Positions 17,597 through 26,845 are shown, counted from the first letter of the stretch. The stretch: 64,000 nt of DNA from Candidatus Micrarchaeota archaeon (GCA_026982895.1 JALWQW010000030.1:14115-78114); one strand, 5' to 3'. Notes: generated by a model from the letters alone, not told the origin. Numbers and translations: made by a program.

Positions 17597-17999
17597 TCTC
17601 TATTTTTTTGTCGCCTGTTGCTTGTATTCTAAATATTGGCAAGTTTATTGGAGAAGGATAATTTATAATCCTAGCAGCCAAAACAGCATGAGCTGTGCCA
17701 ACATAATTTATAGTGTTCAAGAGGCGCTCGTTCTCGGCATTTGGCACCTTCTTATCCTTTTTCCATTTTTCCAGAATCTCCTTTGGTTCATCCTTGCCCA
17801 TAAGCTCTCCAACAATCTTTATGAAACCAGCAGCACCATTCTTGCCATATGTCACTGTGAATATGTATTTATAGTATGTCCAGCCATCACCTTTGTCAGA
17901 TATATCTGTTATAGCTATATTTGTATTCCTTCCTCCTTTCCAGGCTTCGCGGTCCTTCACTTTTGCTTCTACTTCAAGTACTCTATCACCTACAATCAT
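17583..17999 (-). CDS. hypothetical protein (138 aa)
   Basis: The ORF is preceded by a GGTGA Shine-Dalgarno-like element 4 nt before the ATG. No family recognised. Confidence 0.5.
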   Translation of the reverse strand: MIVGDRVLEVEAKVKDREAWKGGRNTNIAITDISDKGDGWTYYKYIFTVTYGKNGAAGFIKIVGELMGKDEPKEILEKWKKDKKVPNAENERLLNTINYVGTAHAVLAARIINYPSPINLPIFRIQATGDKKIETKKK

Positions 18000-18028
18000 A
18001 CTTTCACCTCTCCGCTTTTGGAAGGATA

Positions 18029-18661
18029 ATGTTTAAAAGAGATTGGGAAGAAAGGGGCGTTATGCCTCGCCTTTATTATCTTCACAAAGCAAGGAACATG
18101 AAGGAGTTAAGAAAAGGTTTAGAAAAAGTCGAGAAAAGTAGATTCGCTCCATTTATAGAGGAGGCTCTAAAGGAAAACATTTCAAAGGATGGACTCGACA
18201 GTCCTGCTTTTGTATTCTGGCAGAGTATACGGACAATTCTCATGAGGAATTTCAGCGAACTCGCAGGTGAATTAAAGGACTACCCCCATTATGCCACTCA
18301 AATGATTGCTGAGAACATTAAAGAGTTGGTGGAGATAATGGGCAAAATTTGGTGGGGCATCAACGAAGAAATAAATGATGTATATCGTGAGGGTGTTATG
18401 AAGTATTGGATACCCTTCATAGAGCATGATGGCCTAGCAGCCCTTATGATGAATAGGAAGGAATTAATAAGCATGAGATATAGCTTTCCTTACTGTTTAA
18501 GATTTAGAAGGGAGGAAGAAAAATTGCATGAATTACGAAGAAGATATCTGGTTGAGAGATTGGCAGGAGAAAAAGGCCTTCTCTTTATACCTAAGAATGA
18601 TTTAGATTACATTCGTCCTTTACCAACATCAGTTCGTAGAATCCAAGTTGTCACTGCCTGA
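18029..18661 (+). CDS. hypothetical protein (about 200-210 aa)
   Basis: The ORF-track N-terminus (17921) is antisense to the neighbouring gene. Plausible starts are ATG 18029 or ATG 18062; the latter lies 23-31 nt after the A/T box gtttaaaag at 18031-18039. Confidence 0.5.
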   Translation: MFKRDWEERGVMPRLYYLHKARNMKELRKGLEKVEKSRFAPFIEEALKENISKDGLDSPAFVFWQSIRTILMRNFSELAGELKDYPHYATQMIAENIKELVEIMGKIWWGINEEINDVYREGVMKYWIPFIEHDGLAALMMNRKELISMRYSFPYCLRFRREEEKLHELRRRYLVERLAGEKGLLFIPKNDLDYIRPLPTSVRRIQVVTA

Positions 18662-18663
18662 GA

Positions 18664-19215
18664 TTACTCCTCAATAGCTTCATCTTCATAGACATATACT
18701 TTCGTATTTTTGTCTTTCCAGCATGTGGGCTCCATACCCGCCTTCAAGCAAAGCTGAGAAAGGAATTCCTCTTTACTGGGCAATTGTTCCCAAACTTGTG
18801 GCAAAAATGTAGCTCGGTTGTAACCTCTCTCAAGTACGAGACCATGTTTTCCAGGCTGCAGAAAATCCTTAAGCTCATCACCGTGTTTATCGATTAGCTT
18901 TGGCACAGTGAGAAGAGAAATCTCTATATGTATCTGTGGAAGCTCTTCCCTCGAGAGAGGTGGAAATCGTGGGTCTTGAAAGGCCGCTGCTTGAGCGTTG
19001 TCTATAACAGCACGCCACACTTCCTTTATAGGCTCTATATATCCAATACACCCCCTTAATTGCCCTCTTTCAGTAAGAGTTACAAAAACACCTCGCTTTT
19101 CTTTCCATATTTCAGGCACGTCTGTTGGGTAGGGAATGTCGTTTTTGAAAGCACCTTCTATCGTCGAACGAGCCAAACGAAGAAGCCATTGTTTTTCTTC
19201 CTCTGTGTAAGGCAT
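18664..19215 (-). CDS. AMMECR1 domain protein
   Basis: LRGCIGYIEP, DPRFPPL and ATFLPQVW motifs. Confidence 0.85.
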   Translation of the reverse strand: MPYTEEEKQWLLRLARSTIEGAFKNDIPYPTDVPEIWKEKRGVFVTLTERGQLRGCIGYIEPIKEVWRAVIDNAQAAAFQDPRFPPLSREELPQIHIEISLLTVPKLIDKHGDELKDFLQPGKHGLVLERGYNRATFLPQVWEQLPSKEEFLSQLCLKAGMEPTCWKDKNTKVYVYEDEAIEE

Positions 19216-19299
19216 GGATAAAAAGGATAAGAAGTTTTTAATAAGCTTACCAAATGTAGCTCTGAATTATTATTTAAGAGTTTCTATCAAAAGTATATT

Positions 19300-20445
19300 A
19301 TGGCGGAAGACTATGAATTAGATTTAGAGGGGAAAATTAGAGATTATTATCCTGGCAGCACAAAACGATTGGAGGCTTTTATTAATTCTGTAATGAGACG
19401 AGACCCCGTTAAAGGAATAGCTCTTTATTACCTTCTTCAAAGCGAAATGCGTGTTGGCGGAACGGGCGTAAGATTAAAAGCGAAAAAAGAACTTTTGAAG
19501 CTTGCCGTCGGTGGAAAAATATTTAAGGATATGATAGATAAAGAGGGGGGCACAAAATCAGCATTCATAAAACATCCCATTACAGCACTTATGTACTATA
19601 CTTACAAAAAAGTCGCTGAGAGAAAGGTAAGACATATGAGCATGACACCATTTCAAATAAGCGTTGATATAATATATGATGAATTTAAAAGGCATAAAAA
19701 ATTAGGAGTGCTTTTAGACATTATAAAAAACAGCCCACTGGCAAAAGACGCTGAAATTATGAAAATGATAAAAGAAATATCAACTAAAAAAACGGTTAAA
19801 GAGCGGAGAGAACTGTTTGAAGGTTTATTGTACAGGGCGTTGCTTACAGAAGAGTATAAGAATAAAATAATTGTCTCGGACTTGATAATTGAAAACTTTT
19901 TAGGCATCATTGAAGACAGTTTCAAATTACTTGAAAATTATGTAAAAAAGGAGATAAAAACCCTTCCAAAAGCCATACAAAAGGCTGAAAAGGAAAAAGA
20001 TGATGTTATTGATAGGGCCATATCACTAGCTTTAAGATACCACTATGGCAGCTATGCACGAATATTTAAGCAATATATTACAGCGCTCGTTGCCAAAAAG
20101 CTGGAAGAAGAGGGTAAATTAAATTTAAATGAAGATAAATGTTTTGTTATAGGGCCAAAAAGGAATATTAAAGGCAAAGCCAAATGGTCCGAATTATACC
20201 AAAAGATTTATGGTGTTTATCCCGGGCAGGAGCCCAATATAAAAGATGTTATTGAGAAGTATGCACAGATATTTGGAAAGCTCCCTTCGTTGTACATTAA
20301 TCCTCAAAGGCTGTCGAAATTATTGGAGAGCGACAAGGGATTAAAGTTCGTTATAGGCTACGACGCTGGATTAAAAGATTTGGTTGAGATGAAAAACAAG
20401 GAAAAGAAGGATAAGAATGTCGCTGATAGATATTTAGAAAGATAA
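19300..20445 (+). CDS. hypothetical protein (381 aa)
   Basis: Long ORF with an A/T box at 19266-19278. No motif recognised. Confidence 0.55.
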   Translation: MAEDYELDLEGKIRDYYPGSTKRLEAFINSVMRRDPVKGIALYYLLQSEMRVGGTGVRLKAKKELLKLAVGGKIFKDMIDKEGGTKSAFIKHPITALMYYTYKKVAERKVRHMSMTPFQISVDIIYDEFKRHKKLGVLLDIIKNSPLAKDAEIMKMIKEISTKKTVKERRELFEGLLYRALLTEEYKNKIIVSDLIIENFLGIIEDSFKLLENYVKKEIKTLPKAIQKAEKEKDDVIDRAISLALRYHYGSYARIFKQYITALVAKKLEEEGKLNLNEDKCFVIGPKRNIKGKAKWSELYQKIYGVYPGQEPNIKDVIEKYAQIFGKLPSLYINPQRLSKLLESDKGLKFVIGYDAGLKDLVEMKNKEKKDKNVADRYLER

Positions 20446-20455
20446 GTTGTTGGAT

Positions 20456-20791
20456 TCATTCTAATAATCTTCTGAATATAGCTATGCGGCGCTTAAATCC
20501 ATCGTTTAAAGAAAAGACGGTGAAATTAGGCATCCTTCCAATGACATGTACTGATATCGAACCTACAACCATATTCACTTTCGGGTCTTCCAAATTAGCT
20601 TGATTAAGAAGCTGGAAGGATATAGGGCTTATGCCATAGATATCACAGTATCTTTGAAGAGTCTCTCTGCTTTTTATGAAAATAGTGCGCTCGCTGGGAG
20701 ATTTAAATGAAGTTAGGCGGGCCTTCTTATTATTGGCTATAGGTTCAGCCAATGGCGTTATATTTAGTTTAATTTTTAGCATAGCCTTCAC
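20456..20791 (-). CDS. hypothetical protein (111 aa)
   Basis: ORF with tttataaac about 30 nt upstream. No motif recognised. Confidence 0.4.
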   Translation of the reverse strand: MKAMLKIKLNITPLAEPIANNKKARLTSFKSPSERTIFIKSRETLQRYCDIYGISPISFQLLNQANLEDPKVNMVVGSISVHVIGRMPNFTVFSLNDGFKRRIAIFRRLLE

Positions 20792-20881
20792 TTATGTTAG
20801 AAAAGGTTTATAAATAAGCACATGATTGCCTAAATATACTCTTTAAGCTTAAAACAACAAACAAATAAATGAAAATAAAAG

Positions 20882-21778
20882 TTAGCTAAGAACAGAGTAA
20901 AAGCTCTTAAAGCCATGCGCCTGCAAAAGCTCAGCCGCAGCCTTAGCCTTCTCCTCGCTGTCGAAGAGCGCTACGAGGTTTCCACCTGCTCCACCGCCTG
21001 TAATTTTGGAGCCCAAAGCACCAGCCCCTTGCAAAAGAAGCCTCGCCAGCTCCGTCTTATCGGTCGAGAGGTTAAAGCAGCTCAGCAGGCCATGATCGAC
21101 ATCCATAAGGTAGCCGATGTAAGGCAGCTCGCCTTTTTCTATTGCCTTTATAGCTTCGTTGAATAGAAAGCCATAAGCCTCGAAGACATGCTCTGTCATG
21201 GCAGGATACTGCTCTTTCCTTTCCCTCACATAGTCGACGGTTTCCTTTGTGCTCTTCAAGTTTTGCCCTGTGCTAACAATAAGGAGATGTAAGGACTTAC
21301 CCACACTGAAAGGTTTTATGTCGAACTTTCCGGGGCCTAGCCGCTTGAAGACGAGAGGCTTTCCATATGTCGCTGCAGAGTTATCTATGCCAGAAGGCGT
21401 TCCGTGGAAAACAACTTCACCCTCCCATGCCGCTTTGTTTATTTCGTCGTCGCTCTTCCCCAGCTTTAAAAGATCATTCACAGCCCTCGCAAAGGCCACA
21501 TTCAAAGCCGCTGACGAGCCAAGGTTTTGGCCGATGGGCACTGTTTGTTTAACAACAACGGAAAAGGTCTTCCCCTCTATGCTTAAAGTAGAGAGGATGC
21601 GTTTAAACGCCTCCGTCACTTTATCATCCATGTTCCAAGGACCCTCTTTTACTTCTACGACCGTTTTAATCGAAGGCAAAGAAGCGACAATAGCATCATA
21701 GCCATGCACAACGAAGTGCTCGCCGAAGAGAATCACCTTTCCGTAGCCAACACCCACGCCAATTTTTTCGTCTGTCAT
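20882..21778 (-). CDS. mvk: mevalonate kinase
   Basis: GHMP kinase: GKVILFGEHFVVHG, PIGQNLGSSAALNVA and KITGGGAGG. Confidence 0.85.
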   Translation of the reverse strand: MTDEKIGVGVGYGKVILFGEHFVVHGYDAIVASLPSIKTVVEVKEGPWNMDDKVTEAFKRILSTLSIEGKTFSVVVKQTVPIGQNLGSSAALNVAFARAVNDLLKLGKSDDEINKAAWEGEVVFHGTPSGIDNSAATYGKPLVFKRLGPGKFDIKPFSVGKSLHLLIVSTGQNLKSTKETVDYVRERKEQYPAMTEHVFEAYGFLFNEAIKAIEKGELPYIGYLMDVDHGLLSCFNLSTDKTELARLLLQGAGALGSKITGGGAGGNLVALFDSEEKAKAAAELLQAHGFKSFYSVLS

Positions 21779-21804
21779 AATTTCACCAACATAATTATGA
21801 ATAA

Positions 21805-22905
21805 TTAAATCAGCTTAACATCCAAAGCAGAGAGCTTTAACCCTTCCTTCTCGCCTGCTTCTATAATTTTGCCGACATCCACTGTGCTGCCGTCAGTAAT
21901 GAAAGCTAAGCTGTCCCAGCCGCCGGCTCCAGGGCATCTCCCTGCAACGATACCTGGCAGCTTCTCCGCTTCTTCTATAATGCGGCTGAGAGGCTCTGGC
22001 TCAACAGGATCAAAATCAGGGACTATGGCCTTTATCTTTTCCTGCATTTCTCTGTGGACAGCTCTAGCCTCATGCGTATAGTGCCTAACAGCAGCAAAGT
22101 CCCTTGCCTTTAAGGCCTCTATAGCCTTCCTCTCTATTTCATCCTGCTTATTCATCAAGACTTTGAACTCCTCTTCGTTGCTCTTCTTCCACTCCTTCCA
22201 TGCTTTTACTGCCGAGATACTAGATGTCTTAGCCCCTCCTATATTGAAGACAAGCAAGCCCACATCTAAATCAATAGGCGTGACGCTGAGACCCTCCCAT
22301 TCCCTTTCTAAGCTTTCGAAAACAGCCTTTTTGAATACATCCTCGCTGAGGTGAGAAGGTAGAGTAATAGCACTAGGATCATACCTTTGGTAGACAATAC
22401 TCTTTCCATATGTGCTCGTCGCTATGTCAAAGCCCGAGCCGATTTTTTGAGCAAAAAACGCATAGGCGATTTGAGAGAGTTTGTGTATTGTGTCTAAATG
22501 ACTAGCTGTATCAACATCGTTAGCCTCAAACAACGCTTTGGAGACGGCAACGACAGCAGCAGCAGAAGAGCCCAAGCCAGATTTCTCATCTTTATCGCCG
22601 AAGATTGGGCTATTGAATAACTCGATTTCCACATCACCCTTCCATAAGCCCTTCGATTTGAGGAAGAGCTCAGCGACTAAATAGGGATACTCCACAAGCG
22701 TTAGCTCTTTCTTATTCAGAGAAGGTTCTACCAAAAGGTCGAATTGATGTGAGGCAATGCTCCTTTTTCCTCTTTTATAATTGGCAGTAACACCCCTGCC
22801 TTCTTTATCCGCCACGGCCAAAGACAAACTAATATGCCCTTTAATAAGGACTGAATAAGCACCATAGAATAAAACCTTGCCCGGCACAGTCAGAGATCCA
22901 GACAC
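21805..22905 (-). CDS. phosphomevalonate kinase (ERG8 type)
   Basis: VPGKVLFYGAYSVL, SGLGSSAAAVVAV, GSGFDIATSTYG and RCPGAGGWDSL match ERG8-type PMK signatures. GTG start 3 nt after the MDD stop, preceded by GAGGGA. Confidence 0.75.
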   Translation of the reverse strand: MSGSLTVPGKVLFYGAYSVLIKGHISLSLAVADKEGRGVTANYKRGKRSIASHQFDLLVEPSLNKKELTLVEYPYLVAELFLKSKGLWKGDVEIELFNSPIFGDKDEKSGLGSSAAAVVAVSKALFEANDVDTASHLDTIHKLSQIAYAFFAQKIGSGFDIATSTYGKSIVYQRYDPSAITLPSHLSEDVFKKAVFESLEREWEGLSVTPIDLDVGLLVFNIGGAKTSSISAVKAWKEWKKSNEEEFKVLMNKQDEIERKAIEALKARDFAAVRHYTHEARAVHREMQEKIKAIVPDFDPVEPEPLSRIIEEAEKLPGIVAGRCPGAGGWDSLAFITDGSTVDVGKIIEAGEKEGLKLSALDVKLI

Positions 22906-22908
22906 GAA

Positions 22909-23997
22909 TTATCCCTCTACAAACACAGGCCCCTTACCCATCTTTGTCACAAATACATTTTCTTTACCGACGATCTCCGCTAAGCGAGAACTCACCTCGC
23001 TTTCGTATTGAGCCAAAGTGAAAACAACAGCATTAGGTCCAGCGTCGAAGGTATAAGCAGCTTTTACCTCACTTTCATTCAAGTCCAGCACAGCGTCTAT
23101 GATTTGCTCGGATGTATCATTTAAGTAGCGAATGCGCGGCTCAGTATAGTACATCATGGCATGCAAGCCATTACTCATCATCATTATATCATTAGCTAAT
23201 TGAGGGAAATTTTTATCCGCTATTCTGTCTATAACGCGAGGAAGAACCTTATTTTCCTCATATTCCACCCATTGAGAATAAACAGGATTAGTCTTAATAG
23301 TCATCTTCATTCCAGCCCTGCTCTTCACTGCCTTCTCCCCCTTCTTCACCTTCGTATAGATAATGCGGAGCTCTGGCCAATGTTCTGGCGGAAAGAGGGA
23401 TTCCGCATAGCTGCTGAATATTATATCTTTTTTCTCTTCGTCGGGAACATCTTCTGGCCTCTTGGGAAAGTCCATTGGAATGCCCTTATGCCATACCACA
23501 ACACCACCTTCGGAAGGAATGCTTCGCGTCGCTGAGCCGCTCCCTAAACGGGCAAAGACGCTAAGCTTCTTGTCGTCGCTGAAATACTCTTCATAAACCT
23601 CTGGTTCAAGCTCCTTCATAGCGCCCTGTAACGCTTTGGCCATCGCAGCAAAGCCGCTGGCAGAAGAAGCAAAGCCTGCCGCTGTAGGAAAGTTATTCTT
23701 GCTCACGACACGGTAGTTATACCCCTTTGTCTCCGGTACGAGCTCAAAGAGCTTTTTTATGTAAACATCGACATATTCAAACTCCTTTTGCTCGGGTTTT
23801 ATTTCCTCGCCGTTCAATGTGAAGCTTACCTCTCCATTCCCTTCTTCCACTTCCAACATCGTTTCAGTGTAAAGGCCGTCAACAGTAAAGGAAAGGGAGC
23901 TTTTCGTCGGAATGTGGAAGTATTCCCACAAAGGATTTTTACCCCAATACTTGACTATTGCTATATTCGTCGGTGCTCTAACGGTGATTTTTACCAT
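22909..23997 (-). CDS. mvaD: diphosphomevalonate decarboxylase family protein
   Basis: APTNIAIVKYWGK, AGFASSASGFAA, GSGSATRS and AYTFDAGPNAV. Confidence 0.85.
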   Translation of the reverse strand: MVKITVRAPTNIAIVKYWGKNPLWEYFHIPTKSSLSFTVDGLYTETMLEVEEGNGEVSFTLNGEEIKPEQKEFEYVDVYIKKLFELVPETKGYNYRVVSKNNFPTAAGFASSASGFAAMAKALQGAMKELEPEVYEEYFSDDKKLSVFARLGSGSATRSIPSEGGVVVWHKGIPMDFPKRPEDVPDEEKKDIIFSSYAESLFPPEHWPELRIIYTKVKKGEKAVKSRAGMKMTIKTNPVYSQWVEYEENKVLPRVIDRIADKNFPQLANDIMMMSNGLHAMMYYTEPRIRYLNDTSEQIIDAVLDLNESEVKAAYTFDAGPNAVVFTLAQYESEVSSRLAEIVGKENVFVTKMGKGPVFVEG

Positions 23998-24020
23998 AGC
24001 TCCCTATTAAGCGGGAAGCC

Positions 24021-24034
24021 TTTTAAATAAATAA
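24021..24034. promoter_or_regulatory. A/T box shared by the divergent MVA operon (start 23997) and HAD gene (start 24050)
   Basis: ttttaaataaataa in a 52-bp intergenic region, about 24-37 nt and 16-29 nt from the two ATGs. Confidence 0.5.
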
Positions 24035-24049
24035 GGCCTTTTTAAGGCG

Positions 24050-24790
24050 ATGGTAGATATAATAATTTTCGATGTAGGCGGCGTCTTCAGAGATAGTAGA
24101 GAGGCCATTCATGTGGCTATGAAGAAAGGCTTCGAAGAAGAAGAAGGCCATGAGTTAACGCTCAACGCCGATGAGGTGTGGCGCGTTCGAGGCCTCTTCT
24201 CGTTAAACGGCTCAAAGGCCTTTATTCGCGCTTGCCTTGCGGATATGGACGCTTGTAAAGAGCTGCCGACACTGCCCTATCAAAAAGCAGAAGAAAAAGC
24301 AAAAGCGCTCTTGGAAGAGCCTGTGGATGAAGGGATGGTTAAAAGGATAAGAGCAAAGTATAAAGAAGTATTCTCATCTGACGAAGTAAGAGCGCTCATC
24401 AAGTTACACCCAAAAGCCGAAGAGGTGGTGAAAGTCCTTAAAGGACAATATACGCTGGCAATAGTAAGCAATGCATCCCACAAGAGCCTAAAGAGAGATA
24501 TAGGCAGGCTCCTTCCCTTCTTCGATGTTATCGTAGCCGACGAAGACATGGAGAAGAAAAAGCCCAACCCGGAAGGCCTATTAACGGCCTTGGAAAAGCT
24601 GAATGCAGCACCTCAGCAAGCAGTTTACGTCGGAGATGCAATCAGCGATTACACCGCCGCCAAAAGAGCAGGAATGGCCTTTATAGGAGTAAAGGATGGC
24701 ATGGCAGGAGAGAAATGGCTAAGGGAAGCTGGCTGCGATAAAGTAGTGGGATTAGAAGAGCTAGAAGACCTTTTAGGCGATTCCTCATAA
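24050..24790 (+). CDS. HAD-superfamily hydrolase (phosphoglycolate phosphatase-like), variant motif I
   Basis: IIIFDVGGV (motif I with Gly in place of the second Asp), LAIVSNAS, KKKPNPEG and YVGDAISDYTAAKRAGM. Confidence 0.7.
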   Translation: MVDIIIFDVGGVFRDSREAIHVAMKKGFEEEEGHELTLNADEVWRVRGLFSLNGSKAFIRACLADMDACKELPTLPYQKAEEKAKALLEEPVDEGMVKRIRAKYKEVFSSDEVRALIKLHPKAEEVVKVLKGQYTLAIVSNASHKSLKRDIGRLLPFFDVIVADEDMEKKKPNPEGLLTALEKLNAAPQQAVYVGDAISDYTAAKRAGMAFIGVKDGMAGEKWLREAGCDKVVGLEELEDLLGDSS

Positions 24791-24910
24791 ATCAAGCAAA
24801 ATATCTAAAGCCCTTTCTTCCGCTCTTGTCTGTTTTTCTTTGGCGACTGCCGTTATTCTTAAATCGCTCGTGGGCCATAGGGAGTATTATAGTCAATAAT
24901 ATTTTTAAAT

Positions 24911-24985
24911 CAACACTAATTGAAACACTACTAAAAATACTATTCTAATACCCCCTTACATGTGTTAAAATTATACCCTCCCACA
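24911..24985 (+). repeat. degenerate direct repeat A (outer left flank of cassette)
   Basis: caacactaattgaaacactact...cttacatgtgttaaaatta resembles 26987-27050 by eye (roughly three quarters identical with small gaps; not computed). Confidence 0.5.
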
Positions 24986-25092
24986 AGGCTCTGTATAAAC
25001 TCTCAATAAGCCACATTCACAATTAATAACCCACCCTAATTTCTATCTAAAATCCAACGCAAAAACACCTAGAGAAAACACACTTATACACC
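24986..25092 (+). repeat. 107-bp perfect direct repeat, copy 1
   Basis: aggctctgtataaactctcaataagccacattcacaattaataacccaccctaatttctatctaaaatccaacgcaaaaacacctagagaaaacacacttatacacc is identical to 26881-26987. Confidence 0.95.
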
Positions 25093-25106
25093 GTTGGTAG
25101 GTTTAA

Positions 25107-26104
25107 AAACCCACCGTCGGTAATATAGATATAATATACACACAAACCAAGAGTATCTTACAACCGATCTATCCAATTAGTGAGTATGAAAACATATTAA
25201 AGCCCTTGCTTTTTGAAGCTGGCATAAGAGAAACTTCTAACAAATATCACAACAAGATATACGACGACCATGTGAAGTTCTACCTTCTCTTATTAAAGGA
25301 AGAGCTAAATCTATCATGTAGGAACTTAATAAAGACGATAAATAAGCTAAACGTAACAAGAAATTTAGGCCTTAAGAAGATACCTCACTTCACTACTCTA
25401 CAAAAGTTCTTACAAAGAATAGGAGAAGAAAAGCTAAGAGAGCTTATCTCCGCTTTTAGGAAGTTAATAAAGCCTGAAAAGCTCCTTATAGCTGATCTAC
25501 CGGCTTCGAAATAATGCACTCAAGCAAGTATTATGATAGAAGGATTAAAAGAGAACCAAAAGACTTTGTAAAAATGAGTGTGTTAATAGATCACGATACG
25601 AAAATAGTCTTAGACGCTTATTCAGAGGTGAGTAAAAAGCACGATATTAAGATGCTTGAAGAGCAGTTAGATGAATTGAATTTAAGCGGGTTTAAGTATT
25701 TTATAGCTGATAAAGGCTACGATTCTATGAGCTTATACTTCTTCTTTAGAGAGAAGGAAGTAAAGTTCATTGTACCAAGAAGAGAAAATAGGGCTAAGAA
25801 GTTAGGCTTATATACGCGGAGAAGGGGTGGTATACTTTTAGCTGTTAGAGAAAAGCAGTTCAATCTTCTGATTTATAGAAAGAGAAGTGTAGTTGAAGCT
25901 GTCTTCTCTTATATAAAGAGAAGGTTTGGCAGCTACATCCAAGCTGCCAATAAGAGAAATAGAGTAAAAGGAGCTTATCTTAAGATTGTCGTGTATAATT
26001 TGGGAGTTGTAAAGAAGCTATTAAGTGAAGGATCTATTCGTGGAATAGGTGCTTCATACTCTTTTCTTGTTATTGTGGAGGTGGGGATTTCTACTGAGCC
26101 GTAG
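25107..26104 (+). pseudogene. IS4/IS5-superfamily DDE transposase, apparently decayed (no ATG, one frame break)
   Basis: The frame is open from 25107 but has no ATG. ORFs 25206..25514 and 25514..26104 join if one base is re-read at about 25496, giving LLIADSTGFEIMHSSKYY (DSTG = first catalytic Asp motif). Downstream lie ADKGYDS and YRKRSVVEAVFSYIKRRFG (Y-R-E-K-type motif). Confidence 0.75.
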
Positions 26105-26205
26105 AATATATCTCGAGACGGTTGAAAAAGGTCTAATCTAAATAGTTGTACTGTAATTATAAAAGTCAACAAAAATCAAATTGATAAATCAAATCATCAT
26201 ATTAA

Positions 26206-26823
26206 TTAATGATGCAATCTCTTAATTCTTTTATTTTTTCTCGTGTTAATCTTTCTTGACCTTAGCTTTGTATTGATTATTTGATTATATTTGTATTTTA
26301 ATTCCTCATTATGTATAGTGTTACTAGTAGGAATTAAATTTCCATGATTATGAGTATATCTCTTTCCATTTAATCTCTCTTCCATTGTTTTAAATAAGTT
26401 GAGATATAAATTATATTTTTTCGTTCCTCTCGGAATAATTCTTTTAGATGGTTCAGGTGGTATAATAATAAAATATGGTTTATAATTTATTAGTCTCATA
26501 ATAGTATTGCCTTTTTTTTCTAGATCAATTTCTGTAGCACTAAAAGGGAAAACACTATTGAAGATTGTTAAATATTCTTCATCCCCTTTTTTGGATAATT
26601 CTAAGTATTCAGTATATATATCCAATAAGTGATGTTTAGTATAAGCCACTTTATTTTTAGATTCCTTAACTTTTTTTGCTTCTAGATTGTGATAATGCCA
26701 TTTTCCATAAAAATCAGCAAAGGACATTATACCCAGATTAAGTAGAACGAAAGCAACCCAATAAATTAAATAGCGTATTTCACAGTTTTCAGGAGTTGTG
26801 CAATACACTTTAGAGTATTTCAT
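26206..26823 (-). CDS. AT-rich orphan protein (205 aa), N-terminal TM and basic C-terminus
   Basis: Visibly more AT-rich than neighbouring genes (by eye). TM segment YLIYWVAFVLLNLGIMSF and C-terminus KLRSRKINTRKNKRIKRLHH. Host-type A/T box at 26846-26857, 23-34 nt upstream of the ATG. Confidence 0.55.
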   Translation of the reverse strand: MKYSKVYCTTPENCEIRYLIYWVAFVLLNLGIMSFADFYGKWHYHNLEAKKVKESKNKVAYTKHHLLDIYTEYLELSKKGDEEYLTIFNSVFPFSATEIDLEKKGNTIMRLINYKPYFIIIPPEPSKRIIPRGTKKYNLYLNLFKTMEERLNGKRYTHNHGNLIPTSNTIHNEELKYKYNQIINTKLRSRKINTRKNKRIKRLHH

Positions 26824-26845
26824 AGATATATTGTATTATACAAAA

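Noticed and set aside
25110-26124. Candidate terminal inverted repeats of the IS (ccaccgtcgg...agatata at 25111-25133 vs reverse complement of 26100-26124, caaccgtctcg-agatata)
   Set aside because: There are only two short matching blocks (7 of 8 and 7 of 7) with unequal spacers, which could be chance in AT-rich DNA. I cannot define IS ends or a target-site duplication with confidence.
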